Source: an uncultured delta proteobacterium
Lineage (GTDB): Bacteria > Myxococcota_A > Polyangia > Polyangiales > Polyangiaceae
Direction: 5' to 3'
DNA: 64,000 bases
NCBI GenBank assembly: GCA_963782055.1
Contig: CAWAIF010000003.1
Span: 4,704,001 to 4,768,000, forward strand
Shown here in pieces: positions 46,921 to 60,005 of the stretch. Under the pieces are notes generated by a model that did not search any database, was not told the DNA's origin, and saw only the letters and a program-made list of their open reading frames with translations. Both the position numbers and the translations under genes were made by a program. Within the stretch, counting starts at the first letter, position 1; each line of letters starts with the position of its first letter.

Positions 46921-48453
46921 TCAGCCGCGCAAGCTCTCGAGGAGCTCGAGGTCGGGGAGCGACACGACGTGCCGCGTGCGAACGACCGCGACGTCTGCGT
47001 CCTCCAGCAGCTTGCAGAAGGCGAGACCGTCGTAGAGCGCGACGGGGGGCGCGTTGGGCGTGCCCGCCTCCTCGCGCGCGCCGGAGAGGACCTGACCGGT
47101 GGTGATGAGCCAGCCGGCCGTCGCCGGGCCGTAGTGATGGAGCGCGCCGCGCAGGTCGGTCACGCGCTCGCGCCCGATCTCGCGGCCATCCTTGCGGATG
47201 ACGACGGCGGTGCGGATCTCGTCGGTGCCGGTCTTGTGGATGCCGGCGAAGTGCGCCTCGCCGCCGGAGAGGCCGGAGCGCTTGACCGGACGCACCTGCG
47301 AGAGACCCATGCGCTCGAGGGCGAGCAGCGCGAGCTCGACGAAGGCATGGCCGGGCAGCTCCTGCACGCGGCGAAGGAAGGCGCGCCGCGCGCCGTCGCG
47401 GTAGCGGTCCACGGCGATGGCGACCTCCTGCTCGAGGCGCACCAAATCCTGGCTGAGGAGCCAGTCGGTGGGGGCGACGCGCATGCCGGAGGCGAAGCGG
47501 AAGCGGGGGCGCTGGCCGGAGGCCTGACGCCGCAGGTTGTCGGCGCGGAGCGAAGCGGAGAGCTGCGTCGCGGCGGCCGCGGGATCGCCGCCGATGCGGC
47601 CGCGCCGCGCGAGCTGGTCGACGAGCGAGCGCATCGCGACGGGGCCGCCGTTGCGATCGAAGGCCCCGAACACGATGAGCGCAGCGTCGGCGAGGTCGCG
47701 GCCGGCGAGCTCGTCGCCCTCGCCGAGGGGGACGTCGATGCCGCTGGGCGTGCCACCCGCCATGATCTGCTGGCGATCGCGCACGACGGGGCGCGAGGGC
47801 ATGCCGCCTTCGCGCGACATGTCGAGCGAGGAGTCGGCGTCCACCGAGAGGATGGGCGTCGGCTGGATGGGAGCGCCGTCGGCGCCGGCCTGGCCGCCGC
47901 GACCGCGACGGCGACGGCGGCGGCGGCGGCGGCCGCCTTCCGGAGCGGCTCCGGCCTCGCCCGCCGGCGCGCCCGGCTGGGCGGCGAGCGGCGCGAGGAT
48001 GGGCTGATCGTCGTCCTCCTCGTCGTCGAAGAAGTCGGCGCCGCTCGCGGCGAGGTCCGCCCGCAGGGCGTCGTCGGTGGAGACGAGCATCTCGTCCTCA
48101 CCCTCGTCCTCGACCGCGACCGCGGAGGACGGCGGCGGCGCCGCGGCGGCCTCCACCTCCAGGGCGTTGACGGTCACGTCGGTCTCTTCGTCCTCGGGCC
48201 GGGGCTTGCCGGGGCCCTTCTTCTTGTCCGCCCACTCGCGGAGGGCGAACACGCCCGGCTTCACCCGGACGATGGGGTTGGTCTTGTCTTCCTTCTTGAG
48301 CAGCGCCGCGAGGCGGGCGCCCATGGTGACCTCCGGGCTCTTGCCCACGTGGGAGAGGAGGTTCTTCTCCACGGCCAGCTCGGTGATTTCTTTGTAGTGC
48401 AGCGGTTTGCCGGCGAGGCGCAAGACCTCCGCGGCGGCTTCGGTGAACGTCAT
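46921..48453 (-). CDS. HARE-HTH (HB1/ASXL-type wHTH) protein with C-terminal Mrr-like restriction-endonuclease fold
   Basis: MTFTEAAAEVL..AGKPLHYKEITE.A...L....GKSPE.TM.A.L...PGVFALREW; C-terminal IGRERV.DLRGAL...A..GWLITTG. Confidence 0.78.
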   Translation of the reverse strand: MTFTEAAAEVLRLAGKPLHYKEITELAVEKNLLSHVGKSPEVTMGARLAALLKKEDKTNPIVRVKPGVFALREWADKKKGPGKPRPEDEETDVTVNALEVEAAAAPPPSSAVAVEDEGEDEMLVSTDDALRADLAASGADFFDDEEDDDQPILAPLAAQPGAPAGEAGAAPEGGRRRRRRRRRGRGGQAGADGAPIQPTPILSVDADSSLDMSREGGMPSRPVVRDRQQIMAGGTPSGIDVPLGEGDELAGRDLADAALIVFGAFDRNGGPVAMRSLVDQLARRGRIGGDPAAAATQLSASLRADNLRRQASGQRPRFRFASGMRVAPTDWLLSQDLVRLEQEVAIAVDRYRDGARRAFLRRVQELPGHAFVELALLALERMGLSQVRPVKRSGLSGGEAHFAGIHKTGTDEIRTAVVIRKDGREIGRERVTDLRGALHHYGPATAGWLITTGQVLSGAREEAGTPNAPPVALYDGLAFCKLLEDADVAVVRTRHVVSLPDLELLESLRG

Positions 48454-48691
48454 GTTCTCGTATCCCTGCCCCTCTTCGGGGCCCCTGTCGTTCCCGCGGC
48501 CGCCCCCATGGCTGCCGCGCGCAGAACGTATGCTTTCCGGTTCGGAGCGCCCCCGTGGTCCCGTTCCGCGCCGATGAGCGGGCGATGCAGGGCCGTGGGC
48601 ACCAAACTCTTACGCGCGGCAACATAATGCCCCGACGGGTGCACGTCAAACCGCATTGCGCCGGGGCCGTTCGGGGTGCTACGGCCCGGCC

Positions 48692-49411
48692 ATGCCACCG
48701 TCGCGAGCCCCGTCGCTCCTCCGCACAGCCGCGCTGGTGCTGGTCGCCGTGGCCGCGGTCGGGGTGGCGGTGCGCTACGCGTTCGACGAGGCTCAGGCCG
48801 GATCGGTGCGTGCGCTCGGCGCGCTCGGGGCCGCCTACACGCTGGTGCTCGTGGTGGCGGCGGTCGCCGGGAGCGGGAAGGACACCTTCGAGCCGCGCTT
48901 CTGGCTGCGCCCGCAGTGGGGCGACATCTCACGCGGCTTCTTCGCCGCGGTGGCCCTCTTCGGTGCGGCGTACGCCTTCGTGCGGGTGGTCGCGCCGCCG
49001 ACCTCCCCGCGCAGCGCGTGGGTGGCGCGCGTGTATTTGCAGGCTGGCGACACCAAGCTGCTGCGCGAGCACCTCGGCCTGGTGGCGCTGGTGATCGTCG
49101 CGGCCGCGACGTGCGAGGAGCTGGTGTGGCGCGGCTGGGTCACCGCCGAGCTGGAGCGCGTCATCGGCGAGAGGTGGGCGTGGGTCGGCGCGGCGGGCGC
49201 CTACGCGCTCGCCCACGCGCCCACGGTGCTCGCGCTGCGCGATCCCACCGCGGGGATCAACCCGACGATCGTGCTCGCGGCGCTCGCCGGCGGCCTGCTC
49301 TGGGGCGGGATGCAGAAGCGCTTCGGGCGGCTCGTCCCGGGGATCTTCGCGCACGCCATCTTCGACTGGGCGGTGCTGATGACCTACCGGCTCTGGGGCC
49401 CCAGCGTCTGA
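48692..49411 (+). CDS. CPBP family intramembrane metalloprotease
   Basis: EELVWRG, YALAH, AHAIFD; multiple TMs. Confidence 0.88.
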   Translation: MPPSRAPSLLRTAALVLVAVAAVGVAVRYAFDEAQAGSVRALGALGAAYTLVLVVAAVAGSGKDTFEPRFWLRPQWGDISRGFFAAVALFGAAYAFVRVVAPPTSPRSAWVARVYLQAGDTKLLREHLGLVALVIVAAATCEELVWRGWVTAELERVIGERWAWVGAAGAYALAHAPTVLALRDPTAGINPTIVLAALAGGLLWGGMQKRFGRLVPGIFAHAIFDWAVLMTYRLWGPSV

Positions 49412-49420
49412 GAAAAGCGA

Positions 49421-49457
49421 AGGCCCGCGGCTCGCGGTGAAGCGAGCGCACGGGCCT
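49421..49457 (-). terminator. Candidate intrinsic terminator between convergent genes
   Basis: AGGCCCG..GCTCGC-loop-GCGAGC..CGGGCCT hairpin with an adjacent T-run on the minus strand. Confidence 0.45.
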
Positions 49458-49482
49458 CCACGTCGTCAGAGCGGCTGGACGA

Positions 49483-50034
49483 TCAGTTGTTGGCCATCGC
49501 CTGGAGCACGCCCCAGATGATGCCGCCGATCAGGCCGACGACGATGCCGATGATGGAGATCATCATGCCGGTCTTGGCCTTGGCCTGCGCCGTCATCATG
49601 TCGCCGGTCTTCTTCGCGTTCATCGCCTGAACGGAGAAGATGATGCCGCCGACGCCGGCGGGCAGGCAGCAGCACGCCGTGCAGACGATGGCGAGCACCA
49701 GCGGCAGGGTCGTGTTGACGTCACCGCCCATGCCGGGGGTCATCGGGCCGCCGGGAGGGGGGAAGCCACCTCCGGGAGGGCCGAAGCCGCCGCCGGGCGG
49801 AGGACCGCCGAACCCGCCGGGGGGAGGTCCGCCTCCGGGAGGGCCGAAGCCACCGGGAGGTGCGCCGCCGGGAGGAGGCCCACCGTAGCCGCCGGGAGGC
49901 GCGCCGGGAGGAGCTCCGCCAGGCGGACCGCCGTAGCCGCCACCACCGGGCGGAGGGTAACCGCCACCCGGAGGACCGTAGCCTCCCTGGGCGTGCGAAA
50001 TTCCGTTTGCGCTCATCGGCTGATCCACCATCAT
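49483..50034 (-). CDS. CD225/dispanin family protein with Gly/Pro-rich N-terminus
   Basis: LAIVCTACCCLPAGVGGIIFSVQAMNAKKTGD...A...A...K motif; GGPPPGG repeats. Confidence 0.85.
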   Translation of the reverse strand: MMVDQPMSANGISHAQGGYGPPGGGYPPPGGGGYGGPPGGAPPGAPPGGYGGPPPGGAPPGGFGPPGGGPPPGGFGGPPPGGGFGPPGGGFPPPGGPMTPGMGGDVNTTLPLVLAIVCTACCCLPAGVGGIIFSVQAMNAKKTGDMMTAQAKAKTGMMISIIGIVVGLIGGIIWGVLQAMANN

Positions 50035-50100
50035 GAGTTCCCTTCTCTCCTCGTGCAGGAGCCCCTCCTGCGAGGGGGGAGCATCGCACACGTTGGGCGG

Positions 50101-50589
50101 ATGCTAAATCGAAACCGCACCTTGTCGCATCTCCCATCTGCAGCTGGGGTAGACCCCTCACAAACCCGGGCAAATCCGCCGCTCGGGCCCCGCCCGCCCC
50201 GTCACTGGGGTCGGGCGGCGGGGGTCCTCTCCTTCTACGTCGGCGTCTTCTTTTTGCTTCTCTCCGGCTCGGTGCGGTGCACCTTCGCGACCCTCACGCA
50301 CCACCCGTGCCCCGGCTGCGGCACGACGCGCTCCGCGTGGGCGATGCTCCACGGTGACCTCGGCGAGGCGTTCCGCTTCAATCCGCTCGGGCCGTTCGTG
50401 ATCCTCTGCCTCTTCGTGCTCGCGGTGGAGAGCATCGTGGACATCTGGAAGGACGGCAACGCCGATCGCTTCGCCTCCAGGGGTCCGGGCAAGTGGGCGC
50501 TCTACACCCTCTTCGTCGTCTGCGCGCTGGAGCTCGTGGTGTGGGTCGCGCGCTTCTTCGGTGCCTTCGGCGGACCGGTCCCGGTGTGA
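50101..50589 (+). CDS. DUF2752 domain membrane protein
   Basis: C.F..LT..PCPGCGTTRS..AMLHGD...AF.FNP; start uncertain. Confidence 0.82.
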   Translation: MLNRNRTLSHLPSAAGVDPSQTRANPPLGPRPPRHWGRAAGVLSFYVGVFFLLLSGSVRCTFATLTHHPCPGCGTTRSAWAMLHGDLGEAFRFNPLGPFVILCLFVLAVESIVDIWKDGNADRFASRGPGKWALYTLFVVCALELVVWVARFFGAFGGPVPV

Positions 50590-50590
50590 C

Positions 50591-52255
50591 GTGGCATCCA
50601 GGATCTGCCCCGAGTGCGCCGAGCTTTACCCGAACGACGCGGGCTTCTGCCCGCTCGACGGCACCAAGCTCGTGCCGCAGCTCGACCCGCTGCTCGGCCG
50701 CACCATCTCCTCGCGCTACCGGCTGATCAAGAAGCTCGGCGCCGGCGGGATGGCGAACGTGTACCTCGCCCGGCACGTCATGATCGACCGCAAGAACGCC
50801 ATCAAGGTGCTGCGCAACGACCTGAGCCTCGACCCCAACCACCGCGAGCGCTTCCTGCGCGAGGCGCGCGCCGTCAACCGCATCAACCACCCGAACATCG
50901 TCGAGATCACCGACTTCGGCGAGTTCGACGGCATGGCGTACCTGGTGATGGAGTACGCCGAGGGCGAGAGCCTGCTCGCCGCGCTCAAGCGCGAGACGTT
51001 CGGCTGGGACCGGGCGGCGCGCGTGGCGCTCCAGGTCGCCTCGGCGCTGGCGCGCGCGCACGAGGCGGGCGTCATCCACCGCGATCTGAAGCCGGAAAAC
51101 GTGCTGCTGCTCGCGCCGGCGCCGGGCGCCCCGCCGGACGACGGCGACCGCGTCAAGCTGACCGACTTCGGCATCGCCAAGATCGTCGACGCCCCCGCGC
51201 TCACCTTCTCGGAGCAGATGTTCGGCACGCCCGGGTACATCGCGCCGGAGTACGTCGAGGGCGTGCCGCCGGACGGGCGCGCCGACCTCTTCTCCCTCGG
51301 AGTGATGCTCTACGAGATGATCGCCGGCCGCCTGCCCTGGGAGGCGCGGAGCCAGGCGGACCTGTTGCTGCGCCCGCTGAGCGTCGCGCCCACGCCGCTC
51401 TCGCAGCGAGAGGTGGAGGTGCCACCGGAGATCGACTCGCTGGTGCTATCCATGCTGGCGAAGCGACCGGAGGACCGCCCGGGGGACGCCTTCGCCGTCC
51501 ACGACGCGCTGGTCTCGGTGCTGCGCCGCTACGCGCCGTCGCGCTCCAACCGGCCGCCGCCTCCTGCGTCGAACGAGCGCGACGAGAGGCCCACCATGGC
51601 CGACGCGATGCCCTCCGCGCCGCCGCAGGTGACCGCCGAGCTCGGCCGGCTGCAGACGTCGGAGATGGCGTCGCGCTGGACGGCGGCGCTCTCCGAGGTG
51701 CAGGTGGCGCTCGCGCGGGCGCGGCGCAAGGGCATCGCCCGGGAGGCGGCGGCGCGCGCCGACGACCTGCTCTCGCACGTGCGCGGCCTGGTGACGAACC
51801 TGGAGCGCGCGACGCGCACAGTCGCCGAGGTGCAGGCGCGGGTGGATCGGCTGGAGGCGCACGCGCGGGAGTTTCGCGCCAACCTGGGGCACGCGATCGA
51901 CGCCCTGTCGCACGACCGCTCGCGCGAGCGCGCGCACCGGGTGGCGCTGCGGGCGCGCCGCGACGAGCTGGAGTCGCCCGCGAGCAGCGCGTCGGCCGAG
52001 GCCCACGTCTGGGAGAACGCGGCGCTTGTCGCGGAGGAAGAGCGCGCGCGGGCGGTGGAGGACGACCTCGCCTTCCAGATCGTCCAGCTCCAGCTCCGGC
52101 TGGAAGCCCAGAACGAGCGCTTCGAGAAGGACTTCGCCGTCGCCACGGGCGAGCTGGAGGGCGCCATCTCGGCCGTGCGCGCCATGACGAGCGAGATCGT
52201 GCGCACGCTCGACGAGGCCGCGGTGATCGTGTCGGCGCCGCGCCGCCGCCGCTGA
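50591..52255 (+). CDS. Cytoplasmic Ser/Thr protein kinase with N-terminal zinc ribbon and C-terminal coiled coil
   Basis: CPEC...FCPLDG; GAGGMA, HRDLKPEN, DFG, GTPGYIAPE. Confidence 0.93.
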   Translation: MASRICPECAELYPNDAGFCPLDGTKLVPQLDPLLGRTISSRYRLIKKLGAGGMANVYLARHVMIDRKNAIKVLRNDLSLDPNHRERFLREARAVNRINHPNIVEITDFGEFDGMAYLVMEYAEGESLLAALKRETFGWDRAARVALQVASALARAHEAGVIHRDLKPENVLLLAPAPGAPPDDGDRVKLTDFGIAKIVDAPALTFSEQMFGTPGYIAPEYVEGVPPDGRADLFSLGVMLYEMIAGRLPWEARSQADLLLRPLSVAPTPLSQREVEVPPEIDSLVLSMLAKRPEDRPGDAFAVHDALVSVLRRYAPSRSNRPPPPASNERDERPTMADAMPSAPPQVTAELGRLQTSEMASRWTAALSEVQVALARARRKGIAREAAARADDLLSHVRGLVTNLERATRTVAEVQARVDRLEAHAREFRANLGHAIDALSHDRSRERAHRVALRARRDELESPASSASAEAHVWENAALVAEEERARAVEDDLAFQIVQLQLRLEAQNERFEKDFAVATGELEGAISAVRAMTSEIVRTLDEAAVIVSAPRRRR

Positions 52256-52263
52256 CGCGGGGC

Positions 52264-52890
52264 TCAGAGCCCGTCGGCGCTTCCGGCGTCCAACGGGCAG
52301 GGCGGCAGGTCGGTCGGACAGGACCAGTGTCCGTCACTGCAGAAGCAGGAGAGGGTCCCGGCGTAGTTGCCGTCGCAGTCGTAGTAGGCCGTATCGGACG
52401 AGCACATCCCCTGGAAGCCGGAGAGTGAGCACGCCGCGCCCTCCTGCACGGTGGACGGCGGCGGACACGCAGGCTTGGGCGGCGGTTCGCAGTTGGTCGG
52501 GGTGTCGCACGAGAACTTCGACCCGTCGCAGGTGCAGTAGAGGATGGGCGCGTTGACGCACGCGAGCTGCGTCGCCGACTCGCACCGGAGACCGCTGGAG
52601 GAGCAGGAGTCGCCGGCCTTCGCGCCCTTGGTGGGACACTGGTTGGTGGGCTGCGGGCAGCTCGGCGCCCCGAGCTGCGGGCACTGCCACCCGTCGGCGG
52701 TGCACGCGCAGGCGAGGTGGTGCGTCCCCTCGCAGTCGGTCACCGTCTGGGTGCACGTCCCGTTCTCCGGGCACGCGGTGCCGAGGTCGGAGGGGCAGGG
52801 AGCGCCGGAGTCGATCTTGCCACCGCAGTCGAGGGCGAGGAGGGCGCCGACGGCGGCCAGGGCGAACGCAGCGAGGGAGGAGCGGAGCAT
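52264..52890 (-). CDS. Cys-rich lipoprotein with three CP..C..C..C..CxC..W/FxC repeats
   Basis: Signal ending LALDC; repeated CACTADGWQC, CTCDGSKFSC, CFCSDGHWSC. Confidence 0.78.
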   Translation of the reverse strand: MLRSSLAAFALAAVGALLALDCGGKIDSGAPCPSDLGTACPENGTCTQTVTDCEGTHHLACACTADGWQCPQLGAPSCPQPTNQCPTKGAKAGDSCSSSGLRCESATQLACVNAPILYCTCDGSKFSCDTPTNCEPPPKPACPPPSTVQEGAACSLSGFQGMCSSDTAYYDCDGNYAGTLSCFCSDGHWSCPTDLPPCPLDAGSADGL

Positions 52891-52981
52891 GGTGGAGCAC
52901 TTCGCAAGGCACATGCCGCGCGAGCGGCGCGGAACTCCGGGATTTCGGCCCGGCCGCGTGTGCCACTCTGCGCCGGACGCG

Positions 52982-53641
52982 TCAGGATTGCCGGGTGGCC
53001 GAGCGCGATCCGGAGGCCGGCGTCACCACCCCCAGCAGCCCGCCGAGCTTGCGGGGCTTGGGGTCGGGGTCGTGATCGCGGACGTACCGGAGGTTGACGG
53101 CGTTGACGAGCACGTGGGCGGCGATGCAGCCGATCAGTTGACCCGTCAACGCATAGACGAGGGCGAGGAAGAGGCCCATGACGAAGGCGGAGGCCGCCCA
53201 GCCCCAGCGACCGGCGCCGCGGACCTGATGGAGCGCGCCGAAGGCGAGCGAGGAGAGCCAGACGCCGAGGGTGACCGAGAGGAAGCCGCGGAAGAAGAGC
53301 TCCTCGCCGATGCCGCTCGCGAGGGCGATGAAGAGGAGCGTCGCGCTCCCCTCGTCCCGGACGAAGGGGCGGAGCTTGCCGTGGAGCGCGCGCGCCCACG
53401 CCGCGCGGTGCACCAGGGCGCGCGTGAGGAGCAGCGCCAGCCCGGCCCCCGCCAGCCCGAGGCAGAGGGACGCGACGACCGCCTCCGCGCCCGCGGTGGG
53501 GAGCCACGGATGACGGGTGGTGGGGCGGTGGCCGAAGAGCAGGGCGAGGCTCGCGCCGAGCACGCCGAGGCCCACGTACACCAGCGCCATCAGCGAGGCG
53601 ACCTGCCCCCTGCCCTCCCTGTGCTCGCGCTCGAAGCGCAT
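52982..53641 (-). CDS. CPBP family intramembrane metalloprotease
   Basis: GEELFFRG, FGALH, AHVLVN. Confidence 0.88.
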   Translation of the reverse strand: MRFEREHREGRGQVASLMALVYVGLGVLGASLALLFGHRPTTRHPWLPTAGAEAVVASLCLGLAGAGLALLLTRALVHRAAWARALHGKLRPFVRDEGSATLLFIALASGIGEELFFRGFLSVTLGVWLSSLAFGALHQVRGAGRWGWAASAFVMGLFLALVYALTGQLIGCIAAHVLVNAVNLRYVRDHDPDPKPRKLGGLLGVVTPASGSRSATRQS

Positions 53642-53766
53642 GGCCTGACGAATGGCATGCGCGCCGCGGGAGCGCAACAGCCCCGCGGCTCGGCTGTGAG
53701 CGCCGCCCCGGCAATGGCCGCGCAGGAGCAGAAAGCCTGCAATGTCTGGTATGGTGTCGGGGCTCG

Positions 53767-55254
<1,488 letters not shown>

Positions 55255-55338
55255 ACGCCGCGACCCCGGCCGACGGTGGCCAGCGGCGGCGCGCCGCGCT
55301 ATAGAGTCGCGCACTCTCAGTCCACGTGCCCCGCATGA

Positions 55339-56834
<1,496 letters not shown>

Positions 56835-56835
<1 letters not shown>

Positions 56836-57611
56836 TGGCCAGGGCCGACGTCACCGCATACTGGCTGGGGCGCGTCGAGTACGGCCGCGCCCTCGCCCTG
56901 CAGGAGTCACTCCTGCGCGCGCGCATCGACAAGACGGTGGGCGACACGCTGCTCCTGCTGGAGCACGACCCGGTCATCACCCTCGGCCGCGGGGCCTCGG
57001 CGGACAACGTCCTGCTCGGCGCGGCGGCGCGGGAGGCGCGCGGCGTCGGGCTGTACGAGACCGGCCGCGGCGGCGACGTCACCTACCACGGGCCGGGGCA
57101 GCTCGTGGCGTACCCCGTCTTCGACCTGCGCCCGGATCGGTGCGACGTGCGCCGCTACGTGCGCGACCTGGCCGCCGTGATGATGGCACTCTGCAACGAT
57201 CACGGCGTGGGCGCCGGCCTCATGCCACCCGACCCGAAGTACGTCGGGGTCTGGGTGGACCTGGAAGCCCCCGCGCGGTGGGCGCCCCTGGAGGAGGGGG
57301 ACCTGGCGCTGCCCCACCGCCGCGTCGCCAAGGTGGGCGCCATCGGCGTGCGGCTCTCGCGCTGGGTCACCATGCACGGCTTCGCGTTCAACGTGTCCAC
57401 CGACCTCGCCGGCTTCTCCGCGATCGTCCCGTGCGGCATCAAGGAGTACGAGGTCGCCTCGCTCGCCTCCCTCGGCGTCTCCCCCGTCCCGGCGGTGGAG
57501 GACGTCGCCCGCCGTGCCGGCGAGCACTTCGCGCGCGTCTTCGACGCGAACCTCTCCTTCGCCGACCCCGCGCAGCTCCTCTCCCTTCAGGGAGAGGGCG
57601 CCGGGGGGTGA
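56835..57611 (+). CDS. lipB: Lipoyl(octanoyl) transferase
   Basis: LLEH.PV.TLGR, RGGDVTYHGPGQLV.YP, KVGAIG, HGFAFNV, IVPCG. Confidence 0.95.
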
Positions 57612-58249
57612 GGTCGGGTGGCGATGATCGCCACGTTGGCGAAGGGCGTGCTTCCCCAGCTCGGCTCGACGCGCACGGTGAAGCCGGCCGCCTCCAGCGA
57701 GCCCACGACGTCGGCGATGGGGCGCACCCGCACGCGCTCGCCCACGTTGTAGCCGAGCAGGGTGGTGATGCCCTCCTGTAGCTTCGTCGTGGCGCTGCGC
57801 CACCCGCGATCGGGGTCGAGCTCGCGCACCACGACGGCGCGGCGCGCGGAGGCGATGACCCTGGCCACCAGATCCTCCTGCTGCTTGTCCGTCAGGTAGT
57901 GCAGCACGTCCACCAGCAGCACGGTGTCGGCTTCCGGGATGGGCTCGGTGCGGACGTCGCCCTGGCTGAAGTGGGCCCGCAGGCCCTCGGCCGCGGCGTT
58001 TCCCTCCTCCACCTTCTTGGCGTCCCAGTCGAAGCCGCTGACGCGCTCGGCGACGCCGCTCTCGCAGAGCAGCACGGCCATCTGCCCGCGGCCGCAGCCG
58101 ACATCCACCACGTGACCGAGCGGCTGCTCCCGCCCCAGGGCCACCAGCTGCCCCGCGATGGGATCGCTGCTCAGCTTCCCCTTCGCGTACATGCGCGAGG
58201 CGGTCCTGCGGTAGCGGTTGGCCACCCGGCTCACCAGCTCGGCGTCCAT
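57587..58249 (-). CDS. Class I SAM-dependent methyltransferase
   Basis: VVDVGCGRG, GFD, GDV, DVLHYL. Confidence 0.88.
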   Translation of the reverse strand: MDAELVSRVANRYRRTASRMYAKGKLSSDPIAGQLVALGREQPLGHVVDVGCGRGQMAVLLCESGVAERVSGFDWDAKKVEEGNAAAEGLRAHFSQGDVRTEPIPEADTVLLVDVLHYLTDKQQEDLVARVIASARRAVVVRELDPDRGWRSATTKLQEGITTLLGYNVGERVRVRPIADVVGSLEAAGFTVRVEPSWGSTPFANVAIIATRPHPPAPSP

Positions 58250-58313
58250 GTCCGGACTTTTCGTCCCTTTCTGGGGACCTGACAAGCGCCGTCGGTGTGA
58301 TTAGGCTTCGAAT

Positions 58314-59255
58314 ATGGCCAACTGGTCCGCGCTGCGCGATGGGCTGTTGCTTTCGCGGGTGGACGAGGGTCATTTTGGCAAGATCCACGTGCGGCGCTTC
58401 GCCGGGCCCGCCGTGTACACCGACCTGCTGGACCCCATTCGCGTGGCCCACCTGACCGACCTCCACGTCGGCCGCGTCACGCCGATGCGCGTCCACGAGG
58501 AGGCCGTCCAGCTCACCAACGCCTCGCAGCCGGACCTCGTCGCCATCACCGGCGACTTCGTCTGCCACAGCCAGAGATTTCTGGACGAGCTCGGCGAGGT
58601 CATCCGGGGCATCCGCGCGCCGGTGGTGGCCGTGCTGGGCAACCACGACTACTGGTCGGGCGCCGACGAGGTGGTCCGCACGCTGGAGCACGCCGGCGCC
58701 CTCGTGCTCCGCAACCAGAACACCGTGCTGACGCTGGGCCACCAGCGCCTCCAGCTCGTCGGCCTGGACGACGCCTACACCGGCCACGCCGACTACGGCC
58801 GGGCGCTGCGAGGCCTCCGCCACGACCTCCCCACGCTCGGCCTCTCGCACATCGCCGAAGAGGCGGACGCCCTCTGGCACCACGACGTGCCGCTCGTGCT
58901 CTCCGGCCACACCCACGCCGGGCAGATCACCGTCGCGCGCCTCCACGAGCTCGCCCTCGGCCACATCGTCGGTCACAGGTACGTCCACGGCCTGTACGGC
59001 GACCGCCGCGCCCACGGCGCGGTCTACGTCGGCGCGGGCATCGGCGCGGCGATCATGCCGGTGCGGCTGGGCGCCCGCGCCCGCCGGGAGATCACCCTCT
59101 TCGAGCTGGGGCAGCAGCCGGGCGCCTTCCGCGAGGACCACGAGGAGCAGAGCCCCCTGCCCGGCCGCCCGGTCCCCCTCAAGAAGCAGATGAAGCGCAT
59201 CGCCGCGGTGGAGCGCAAGCGCCTCCAGCGGGAGAGCAAGAAGCGCGACGCGTAG
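58314..59255 (+). CDS. Calcineurin-like metallophosphoesterase
   Basis: TDLH, TGDF, LGNHD, SGHTHAGQ. Confidence 0.92.
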   Translation: MANWSALRDGLLLSRVDEGHFGKIHVRRFAGPAVYTDLLDPIRVAHLTDLHVGRVTPMRVHEEAVQLTNASQPDLVAITGDFVCHSQRFLDELGEVIRGIRAPVVAVLGNHDYWSGADEVVRTLEHAGALVLRNQNTVLTLGHQRLQLVGLDDAYTGHADYGRALRGLRHDLPTLGLSHIAEEADALWHHDVPLVLSGHTHAGQITVARLHELALGHIVGHRYVHGLYGDRRAHGAVYVGAGIGAAIMPVRLGARARREITLFELGQQPGAFREDHEEQSPLPGRPVPLKKQMKRIAAVERKRLQRESKKRDA

Positions 59256-59273
59256 CGCTCCTCCTGCGTCCTC

Positions 59274-60005
59274 TCAATCCGCGGGCGGCGTGGACGGCTT
59301 CGCGCGGTAGGCGGCGAGCATCCGCATGTACATCTTCGCCTGGGTGTTCTCCGGCTCGATCTCGAGGGCGCGGGTCCACTGCTCGTCGGCGCCGTCCGCC
59401 TCCCCCTGCGAGAGGAGCGTCACGCCCAGCGCGAGGCGCGCGGGAACGTAGTTGGGGCGGGCCGCGACGGCGGCCTCGTAGTGCTCGCGCGCCCGCGGGG
59501 TCTCCTTCACCTCGCGCAGCAGGTTGCCGAGCTTCGTGCGCAGGTCGGCGAACTGCGGACACAGCCCGACGGCCTTCTCCAGCTCGGCGATCGCCTCGTG
59601 GACGAGGCCGGAGTCGGCGTAGGCCTGCGCCAGGTCGGCGTGCATGTTGGCGAGCTTGCCGCGGGCGAAGGGATCCAGCCCGGAGAGGGCGCCGGAGGGC
59701 TTGCCCTTGATGCGCGAGTAGACCTGCCGCGCGGCCTCGTACTTGCCGCGGTCGTTGTAGGTCACGGCGAGGTTGAGGGCGGCCTCGGTGTAGGAGGGGT
59801 TGATCTCCAGCGCGCGCTCGAAGTGCTGCTCGGCCAGCATGAAGTTGCCGCGCGAGTGCGCGATGACGCCGAGCATGTCGTGCACGTCGGCGAAGCGGTC
59901 GTCCTGCTGCAACACCTGGCGCAGCAAGGGCTCGGCCTTGTCGTACTCGCGCTTGCCGTAGTGCTCCCGTCCCAGGAGCAGCGTTTGTTTCAGGCCCTCG
60001 TCCAT
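59274..60005 (-). CDS. TPR-repeat protein
   Basis: ALEINPSYTEAALNLA, AV..CPQFADL..KLG, ALEIEPEN. Confidence 0.88.
   Translation of the reverse strand: MDEGLKQTLLLGREHYGKREYDKAEPLLRQVLQQDDRFADVHDMLGVIAHSRGNFMLAEQHFERALEINPSYTEAALNLAVTYNDRGKYEAARQVYSRIKGKPSGALSGLDPFARGKLANMHADLAQAYADSGLVHEAIAELEKAVGLCPQFADLRTKLGNLLREVKETPRAREHYEAAVAARPNYVPARLALGVTLLSQGEADGADEQWTRALEIEPENTQAKMYMRMLAAYRAKPSTPPAD

Noticed and set aside
49740..49990. Quasi-periodic GGAGG/CCGCC repeats as a CRISPR-like array
   Set aside because: Coding Gly/Pro low-complexity region of the CD225 protein, with no constant repeat or unique spacers
52903..52918. Possible sigma54 promoter CGGCATGTGCCTTGCG before the Cys-rich lipoprotein
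   Set aside because: Spacing fits, but it is isolated with no enhancer or other support; too weak to list as a feature
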